Positions 52,751-64,000 of a DNA stretch of 64,000 bases are shown here, piece by piece (within the stretch, counting starts at the first letter, position 1; each line of letters begins with the position of its first letter). The stretch is from assembly GCF_009914755.1 (NCBI RefSeq), contig NC_060947.1, one strand, 5' to 3'. This DNA comes from the human T2T-CHM13v2.0 reference genome, Homo sapiens. The position numbers and the translations under genes are program-made. The notes below the pieces were generated by a model, which was given only the letters and a program-made list of their open reading frames with translations, ran no database searches and had not been told where the DNA came from.

Positions 52751-54249
52751 AGTAGAATCCCTCCCTCTTTCCTTATATAGACAAAGAAAACCTAACTCAG
52801 CCTGGAGCAGGCTCAGGATAAATAATACCATATAAATTGAGTATTACTTTATGGTATCTCCTGAGAGAGATCCTTTTTTATGGAAAAAAAAAAGTTACAA
52901 AGAAGAACTGAGGTCCTTGCATAAACAGAGTGTAAAAAATATCATGGAGAGTGGGGTTGGGGGAACAGCTTGACTCTTCTTAGGTCAAAGAGGCTATGCT
53001 TACATTACTTGTCCATTCATTTGGGAAAAAATAACAAATATTTCTTTCCCAGCAACAAAAATAATTCCCATATTTCCCAGAAAACACTGGGTTTCTACAA
53101 TTATTATTCTCAAAATTTCCAGACACCATAATAGTTTAAAGATTAAATGAGCTTCTCGACTTTGAAATGTAGTCTGAAATTCCCGAAATATTTATTGGGA
53201 AACTACTACTTGTAGACAACTATCATTAAACATTCTGTGAAAATAAAAATGAAGTCAAAGGCAGGAAGAACGTGTGAGATAGTAGGAGACAAGAGGGATA
53301 CTCTTGAAACAGTCAGAAAAATCATTTTTAAACAGTATTAATAAATTCAAGCAATATACCACTCTATAAATGGTATGGCAGGTGTGAAAAGTATGTTCTG
53401 AGCATGGCAATTTAGTGAGGGAAGGCCTCTAAGAGGAGGCATGTTCTGATGTGGGTCTTGAATGAGGCAACACAGATTAAGGTTAACATGGTTAAAAAAT
53501 TAAAACTAACATTTATATGGCAGCCAAAAAAATCTAATCCTAATTTATCTGTCTGCATTCATGTTTATTTGCAGAAGAGTGATACATTGCTTTATTACAG
53601 AATAAATAGTAATTTAGATACATTTTAAAATTTTGAAAACAAAGAAAATGAAATGATGGTTTTATTAAGTTACAGGCAGTTTTTCAAATAAACACAGTGA
53701 TACATTCTTCCTATCCTGGTTATTTACAAGCCAGTAACTTCAGTGTATAAATTTTGCTTAATGACACTTGCCAGATATTTAATTATTGAATGTTACATAA
53801 AATATGTAGACATTTGTACTTTTAAAAGCTTAAAATCCTGTCAACAGCCACATTTACATTATGCCCCTCCCCTCCTTTTAAGTCAGAAACTATAGATCCA
53901 CCTCAGTTTAGTTCATGATGTACAGGTTTTCACAGCTAACAAATAAACAAACAGGAACACATACTCTAAGTGCCTAACAACATCCCAGCAATGTTACAAG
54001 ATTCCAACAGGTGCAATTTACTGCACAATGAAATTGTGAAAGTTATCAAAGATGAAAGATTTTATTTTTATAATAATGAAAGAGAGAGCAAAATGGGTTA
54101 TTTAGGTCCCTGTCTTCATGGAGCCTTAACTACAGTTTGAAGTATGAGTAATTCAATTAATTGGTCCAAAATAACACTCAAAATGCATGTTAAACTTCTT
54201 TTTCTCCAATCCACATTCACCTCATCCACCAGTACAAACTAACTTCCAT

Positions 54250-54500
54250 CAGAGTATAGTGATGAAGAGCGTGGTCTCTGGAGCCATATAGACCTCAGTT
54301 CAAATCCCAGATTTGCCATTTGGTGGCTGTATAAACTTAGGCAATTTATTTAGCCACTCTCTATTGTAGCTCCCCCATATGTAAAATGGGAACATTAAGA
54401 TATGTTTAATGAGTTTAAGTGGACTAAGTGAGTTATACATAAATAACATACTGTTTATGTACAGTGCCAAGCACACGATGAATGTTCAGTAAACTAGCAT
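54250..54500 (+). mobile_element. MIR SINE
   Basis: gtgatgaagagcgtggtctctggagcc...ttcaaatcccag...atatgtaaaatggg. Confidence 0.85.
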
Positions 54501-54888
54501 GAGGCACTTGATAAACATTTGGTGACTAGATTGAATACATCTAACTGCCCAGACAGATACTTAACTCAAAAAAAAGATGTAAGTGTTCTTTAGAACAGAG
54601 TTAAGTGGATGAGAACTGTGGTATTCATTCAGTCAGGTGAGAATTATACCAGACTGAGATTACTGGGCAACCTGCAGGGCTCCACAACCAGTTAATCACA
54701 GGTAGTCACAACATGGTCATTGTAAGAACTTCTGCATCATGTTTTTTTTATGACACACAAGCATTTGTAATTTAAGTACCCTAAAGACCCCTGCTTGTAG
54801 CCTCCTTGTAGCCCCATCATAGTTGGCAGCACCATCATAATCTGACCTTCACCCTCTGCTCAGAAAACCTCTCCCTGCCCCAACCTAA

Positions 54889-56826
<1,938 letters not shown>

Positions 56827-57326
56827 GGGACTGATGTCAGAAAGATGGCAAAATTAGAAGCCCTGGCATCTCCCTTTCTTCCATGGACACACTGATTTAA
56901 TGACAATAAATTGACCGATACCCTTTGAGAAATCTAGAAACCAGTTTAGAGGCCCTATACCCTGAGCAAGTGTGAAACCATCCACATCAAAGCCAATAGG
57001 AAAATATGAAACAACTTCTTGTTATAATCCCTTCCCTAAGTCCAATGCCATATAATCAAGAGGAAACCTCGAACTCCCACCTTCTCACAGGGGATAAAAT
57101 GAAAAGAGTGGACCATCTATCTAATGCTCTTATTTTTCTGGTGGTTATCCATGGGACAGGCTTCAGTACTGCCAGCCTCAGAGTATAAATAGGACCTGGC
57201 ATACTCTAGATACCTGGGGGCTTCTGAACACACACCAAAAAATGTGTTCAGGGCATGTTGTGACCCCAGAAGTCCCATGGTACTCCAGGTAGATACCAAA
57301 AGGAGCAAGACATTATGTACTACTGA

Positions 57327-57378
57327 GGAAGGAAGGAAGGAAGGAAGGAAGGAAGGAAGGAAGGAAGGAAGGAAGGAA
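57327..57378 (+). repeat. (GGAA)13 microsatellite followed by (GAAAA)n
   Basis: Counted directly. Confidence 0.97.
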
Positions 57379-58744
57379 AAAGAAAAGAAAAGAAAAAGAA
57401 ATCATCACCAAATTCTTCTAACTGGGAATTTACATACTCAAGTCCAGAGGAAACTCATATGCAGACAATGTTTGAGAGGTCCCCAGAACCTCTGGTCAGG
57501 AGTATTTATGAAAGTTTTTTTTTTTATGTAAGGACTGGGAAAGGCAGCTATTTTTTCTGATGAGCAGATGATAACACAATGAAGGAGAAGGAAAAAACAG
57601 GTAAACATTTCTCAACAAAAAGAACAAAATAAAGCTTCAAAAATCAACCCTAGTGAAATAGAATATACAAAGAGAATCCAAAATAACTTTCATAAAGATG
57701 CTCCACAAACTCAGGAGGAAAAGGAATGAACAAAGTGAAGATTTTAACAAAGAATATAAAATTTAGAAAAAGAGCCAAATAAAAATTAGAAGCTGAAGAA
57801 AACAATAGCTAAGCTGAAAAATTCACTAAAGGGGTTCAACAGCAGACTAGATCAAGCATAAGAAAGAATCTGTGAATACAAAGAGGGGTCATTTGAAATT
57901 ATAAGTCAGAGGAGCAAAAAGAAAAATAATACATAAGAATAAAGAAAGCTTAAGGGACTAATGGAACACAATCAAATTGATCAATATATTCAGTAGGGAA
58001 GTCCCAGAAGGAGAATATACAAAGGTCCATAAAGCTTATTCAAATAAATAATGGCTGAAAACTTTCCAAATATGGAGAATGAAAAGAACATCTAGATCCA
58101 CGAAGACCAATATAACCCCAATGAAGATGAACCAAACAAGTACATGCTGAGACACACTACACTCAAATTGTCAAAAGTAAAAAATAGAGAGAATTTTGAA
58201 AGTAGCAAGAGAAAAGTAACTTCTCATGTGTAGGAAATTTCCATAAAACTATCAGTAGAATTCTCAGCAGAAATCTTGCAGACCAGAAAGAATATGAGAT
58301 AATATTTTCAAAGGACTGGAAGGAAAAAAAATACCTCTGTCAACCAAGAACACTATACTTGGCAAAACTGTCCTTCAAAAATGAAGGAAAACAGAAAAAT
58401 TTTCTCAGACAAACAAAAGCAGAGGGAGTTTGTCTCCACTAGACCTGTCTTAACAAGGAATCCTAAAAGAAGCTCTTCAGATTAAGGCAAAGAAAAGCTA
58501 AAGAGAAACACAGAGAACATATTGAAAGTGGTTAAATAACTACAAAAATATGTTAAGGAATACACAATATAAATAGTTGTTATTTATAACACTAATAGCA
58601 TAAAGCATGATAGGAGAAGAAGTAAAAGTGTACAGCTGTCATATGTAACTTAACTTGTAAGCAGCTTTAACTAGGATGTTATCACTTTAAGATTTTTTAT
58701 TTAAGCCACATGGTAATGCCCAAAAAATACCTATAAAAGATGCA

Positions 58745-59141
58745 TGTCTTAGTCAATTTGGGTGGCAATAGCAAAGTACCATAGATTAGGTAGCTTATAA
58801 ACAATAGAAATTTATTTCTCAGAGTTTTGGAAGCTGGAAGTCTGACATCAGGGTGCCAGCATCATTAGATTCTGGCTAGGGCCCTTTCCCTGTTTGCAAA
58901 CTGTTGTTGTTGTTGTTGCTGCTGCTGCTGCTGCTGCTGTTGTTGTTTTGTATCCTCACATGGCAAAAAGGGGAAAGAAAGCTCCCTGAGGTCCCTTTTA
59001 TAAGATCACTACTCCATTCATGAGGTTTCCACCCTAATGACCTAATTACCACCCAAGGGTCCCACCTCCTAATACTACCATATTGGGGGTTAGGATTTCA
59101 ACATATGAATTTGGCAGAGATGTAGCATTCAGTTCATTGTA
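58745..59141 (-). mobile_element. MLT1A/MLT1A0 MaLR solo LTR inside the L1 inter-ORF region
   Basis: tgtcttagtcaatttggg...gaagctggaagtctgacatcagggtgccagc...cattcagttcattgta; decayed TSD atgca/ataca. Confidence 0.88.
58901..58945. repeat. CTG(TTG)5(CTG)7(TTG)2 trinucleotide repeat
   Basis: Counted directly. Confidence 0.95.
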
Positions 59142-62015
59142 ATACATAAAACAGAAAGAGAAAGAAATAAAATCACATCACTATTAAATAATCAAGGAAA
59201 TACAAAGGAAGACAGCATGAGAGGAAACAGGGACAAAAGAACTGCAAGATAGACAGAAAAATTGCAATAGTATAGTCCTTCACTATTACTATTTGTTTTA
59301 AATGTAAATGGATTAAACTCTATAATTAAAAGACATAGGGTTGCTGAATGGATAAAACACAAGATCCAACTACATGCTGCCTGCAAGACTCTCACTTTAG
59401 CCTTAAGGAGACGCAATGACTAAAAGTGAGGGGATGGAAAAGATAGCCCATAAAATAATAACCAAAATAGAGCAGAGGTGGCTGTATTTATAGCAGACAA
59501 AATAGACTTTAAGTCAAAAATTGTCCCAAAAGACCAAAAAGAACACTGTATAATGATAAAGGTGTCAATTCACCAGGAAGGTATGACAGTTATATATGCC
59601 CTCATCATCAAAGCACCTAAATATATAAAGCAAGTATTGAAGAACTAAAGGAAGAAATAAACAGCAATACAGTAATACTTAGAGACTTCAATACTCCATT
59701 TTTCAAAACTAAATAGGACATCCAGACAGAAAATAAAGAAAACAGTTGACCTGAACAACACTACAGACCAAATGGACATAACAGACATATACAGAACATT
59801 CTTTCCAACAACAGCAGAAAAGACATTCTTATAAAGCACACAGGAAAGACCAAATATTCTCCAAGACATATTGGATGTTAGGACCCCCCAAAAAGTCTTA
59901 ATAAACTAAAAAGTTTGAATCATACCAAGTGTCTTTTCCAACCACAACAGAATGGCATTAAATATCAATAGCAGCAGGAAAACTGAAAAAATTCACATAT
60001 ATGTGGAAAACAAACAATACATTCATGAGCAATCAATGGGTCAAAGAAGAAATAAAAAATGAATTTAGAAAATATCTTGAGACACACAAATATAAAAACA
60101 CAACATATCAAAACCTGTAAGATGCAACAAAGGCAGTACTAAGAGAGAAGTTTATAGCAATAAATGCCTACATCAATAAAAAAGATCTCACTTTACACCT
60201 CAAAGAATTAGAAAAAGGAAAAAAAAAACCCAAATTTAGCAGAAGGAAGGAAACAATAGCAACTAGGGCAGAAATAAATAAAATAGAGAATAGAAAAACA
60301 ATAAAAGAAACAAGCCAAACTAAAAATTGTTGTAAAGATAAATATTATTGACAAGTTTTTACCTAGACTAACATAAAAAAGAAAATTCAAATAAAATTAG
60401 AAACAAAAGAGTACACATTACAACTCATGCCACAGAAATCAAAAGAATCACAAGAGACCACAGTGAACAATTCTATACCAAAAACCTAGAAGTGGATAAA
60501 TTCTTAGAAACACACAAACTACGAAAGCTGAATAATAAAGAAATAGAAAACCTGAACAGACCTATAGCTAGTAAGGAGATTGAATTAGTAACTAAAAGCC
60601 TCCCAACCAAAAAAATAAAAACCCAGGATCAGATGGCTTCACTGATGAATTCTACCAAACATTTAAAGAAGAGTTAATGCCAATCCTTTTCAAACTCTTA
60701 CAAAAACTTGAAGAGAAAGGACTATGTCCAAATTTATTTTGAGTCTAGCATTACCCCGATATTAAAGCAAGACGATGACACTACAAGAAAAGAAAACTGC
60801 AGATCAAAATCCTTGATGAAAACAGAAGCAAAAATCCTCAATAAGATACTAGCAAACCAATTCAACAGTTCATTCAAAGGATTATATGCAACAACTAAGA
60901 GGAAGTTATCCATGGGATACAATGATGTTTCAATATAAAAAAAATCAATTAATGTGATACATCGCATTCACTGAATAAAGGATAAAAATCACATGGTTAT
61001 CTTAACAGACATAGAAAAGTCATTTGAAAAATTCAACACTTTCATAATAACAACTCTCATTAAACTAGGAGAGAGAAATTATGTCTACAAAAATAAAAAG
61101 CCCACAGCTAACATCTTAATGGCAAAAAGCTGAAAGCTTTTCATCTAAGTTCAGAAACAAGGCAAGAATGTCCACTCTCACCACTTCTACTCAACATAGT
61201 ACTGGAATTCCTAGCCCGAACAATGAGGCAGGAAAACAAAATAAAAAGCATCCAAATGAGAAGGAAAAAAGTAAAATTATTTTTGCATATGACATAACCT
61301 CTTATGTAGAAAACCCCAAAGATTCCACAAAATAAAACTGTTAGGACTAATAAACAAATTTAGTAAAGTTGGAAGATACAAAATCAGTATACAAAAGTCA
61401 GTGGCTTTGCTATACACTAACAATGAACTATCAAAAAAGGAAATTAGAAATGAGATCCCAATATAAGATAATCAAAAGGAATAAAGTACTTAGAACCAAA
61501 CTTAACCAAAGAGGTGAAAGACTTGTACACTGAAAAATACAGAACACTAATAAAAGAAATTTTAAAAGACACAAATAAATAGAAAGACATATCATGTTCA
61601 TAGATTGGAAGACTTAATATTTTCTATCCTACCCAGAAGTGACCAAAAGATTCAATGCAATCACTCTGAAAATCCCACTTTTTTTTTAAAGAAATAGAAA
61701 AAAAATTTCAACATTTATATGTAACCACAAAGGACCATGAAAAGCCAAAGTAATATTGAGAATAAAGGTGAAAGCATCACAATTCTCGATTACAAAATAT
61801 ATTATGAAGCAATAGTAATTAAAACAGTATAGTACGGGCAAAAAGACAGACAAAAAGACCAATGGACCAGAATAGACAATTCAGAAATAAACATATGCAT
61901 ATGTGGTTAACTGATCTTCGAGAATTTCAGGAATACATAATGGAGAAAGAATAGCCTCTTCAACAAATGGTCCTTGGGAAGCCAGATATTATTTACACAT
62001 AAAATAATAAAATTA

Positions 62016-64000
62016 GGAGGTGGCCAATTTAGTGTGTGCAGCTCTTAGGAAGAGGAATAGAAGGGGCAAGTGAACACATCACATTCAACTGAAACATCCA
62101 GGTATTCACATTGGGACTCATCAAGGAAACGATCCATGGAGAATGGAGAAAAGCAAGGCAGGACAACGGCCCACCAAGGAGTGACACAAGGGAACCTACC
62201 CCACCCAGGAAAGTGGTGAGTGAATCTGCAACTCCAGGAACCCATGCTTCTCCCATAGATCTTTGCAACCCTTGGGTCAGGAGATCCCCTCGTGAACCCA
62301 CTCTACCAGAATTTTCAGTCTGACACACAAAGCTACCTCGAGTCTCAACAGAGCAACTGCTGAGGCATGTGTGGAGAGTCGGGAGCCTTAGATACTTGGG
62401 CTCTCTAGGCTTCCCAGCAAAAGCAGCTGCAACTCTGACAAAGTTGAAGGTTAGACCTCCGTACATACCCCTAGGAAAAAGGCTGAATGCAGGGGGTTGA
62501 GCAGTGACAGTCTGCAGGCCCTACTTCCATGACATCTCACAGGATAAGACCTCATGGCTTGGAATTCTAGCCAGCCACCAGTAGCAGTGTTGCACATCCC
62601 TGGGATGGAGCTCCTAGGGGGTGGGGCAGACCGCCATCTTTGCTGTTTGGGCTACTTAGCCATTCCAGCTTTCAGACTTTGGAGAGTCCCCGATCCCATT
62701 CCTCCTTATTGTTGGGTGGGACCTCCCAATCAGGGACTCTAGCCACCCCTGGCAGTGTTCTCCACCCAATAGAGATTTGAAGTCTCCCTGGGATATAGGT
62801 CCCAGAGGGAGGGGCAGGCCACCATCTTTGCTGTTTGGTTGGCTTAGCCATTCCAGCCTTTGGGCTTTGGAAAGTCCAAGCCAACCGGGGGCAGAAGCGG
62901 TACCCCAGCACAGCACAGCTGCTCTACAAAAACATGGCCAGACTGCCTTTTTAAGCAGGTCCCCTATCTCGTTCCTCATCACCAGTTGGGGCCTCCCAAC
63001 TGGGGTCTCCAGCTACCCCCACCAGTGTTCTCTGGCAAACAGAAGTTTCAAGACTCCTTAGGACAGAGCTCCCAGAGGGAGGGGCAGGCTGCCATCTTTG
63101 CTGTTTGGGCAACTTAGCTGTTCCAGCCTTCAGGCTTTGGAGAGTCCAGGCTGACCAGGGATGGAGGTGATCCCCCAGTATAGCACAGCTGCTTTTGAAA
63201 ATGTGGCCAGACTGCTTTATAAAGTGGGTCTCCAATCCTGTTTCTCTTTACTGGGCAGGACCTCCCAACCAGGGTCCCCAGCCACCCCCGCCAGTGATCT
63301 GTGGCTAACAGAGATTTGAAACCCACCTGGGACAGAGCTCTCGGAGAGGTGGGCCACCATCTTTGCTGTTTGGGTGACATCTATTCTGGCCTTCAGAATT
63401 TGGAAAATCCAATATGATCAGGGGCTGAGGCAGATCCCCAGCACAGCACAGGTACCCTACAAAAATGTGGCCAGACTGCTTTTTTAAGCAGATCCCAGTC
63501 CCATTCCTCATCACCGGCTGGGGCCTCCCAACCAGGGTCTGGATCCAGATACCCCTGCCAGTGTTCTCTGACTGACAGAGGTTTTAAACCTCCCTGAAGT
63601 GGAGCTCCCAAGGGAGGGGTGGGCCACCATATTTGCTGTTTTGGTAACTTAGCTATTCTGGCCTTAGTGCTTTGGAGTGTCTGAGGTGACTGGGGGCTGA
63701 AGCAGACCCCCAGCACAGCACAGCTGCTGTATGAAAACATGGCCAGACAACTTTTTTAAGTGGGTCCCCAATCCCGTTACTCCTCACTGGGCAGGACCTC
63801 CTAATCAGTTCTCTAGCCACATCCTACAGGTGTGTTTGGGCTGGTAACAGGTCTGTACCTCCCTGGAGAAGCTTCCAGTGGGAGGAGGAGACTGTCATCT
63901 TTGCCGTATCACAGCCTTCACTGGAGATACCTCTAGGTACTGGAATATCCAAGGTGCCTAGGGACTGGAGTGGGCCCCAAGCATACCGCAGCAGCCTTAC
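62016..64000 (+). mobile_element. L1PA15-16/L1P4-like 5' UTR with tandem ~270-bp monomers (runs off the window)
   Basis: caactgaaacatccaggtattcacattgggact start; motif ccatctttgctgtttgg (or a variant) at 62634, 62822, 63092, 63357, 63627, 63895. Confidence 0.82.

Larger units (their letters stand above)
56827..62015 (+). mobile_element. Old L1 (L1M3/M4 type): 5' UTR, ORF1 and most of ORF2, decayed
   Basis: 5' start gatgtcagaaagatggc; ORF1 remnants (ataatggctgaaaactttccaaa); ORF2 remnants (ttaaatgtaaatggattaaac, [21 protein letters not shown]). Confidence 0.85.

Noticed and set aside
62560-64000. Regularly spaced repeats suggestive of a CRISPR-like array, and overlapping ORFs of up to 145 aa from 62029
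   Set aside because: The whole ~270-bp unit is repeated with no unique spacers; it is a GC-rich L1 5' UTR in primate DNA, where chance ORFs are expected

Overview
Primate (human-like) non-coding genomic DNA, intronic or intergenic. It is AT-rich with no CpG island and is dominated by interspersed repeats: AluJ/AluS, many MIR and L2 fragments, several L1s (an internally deleted L1MA2-like copy, a near-full-length L1PB1-like copy, old L1M/L1MC/L1ME pieces, short L1PA 3' ends, an L1PA15-16-like 5' UTR), MaLR/ERVL LTRs, DNA-transposon MITEs and microsatellites. I recognise no intact host protein-coding exon, RNA gene or CRISPR array; the only ORFs I can assign to proteins are broken L1 ORF1/ORF2 pieces. 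The clearest unusual structure is a two-segment, order-swapped templated insertion (9865-10110), copied from about 2 kb downstream, that fills a multi-kb deletion in an L1. Other leads are a MER131-like hairpin-rich ancient element, repeat-free blocks rich in homeodomain motifs, and a speculative set of decayed exon-like blocks on the + strand. Subfamily names come from recalled consensus sequences, not a search, and boundaries of old repeats are approximate.
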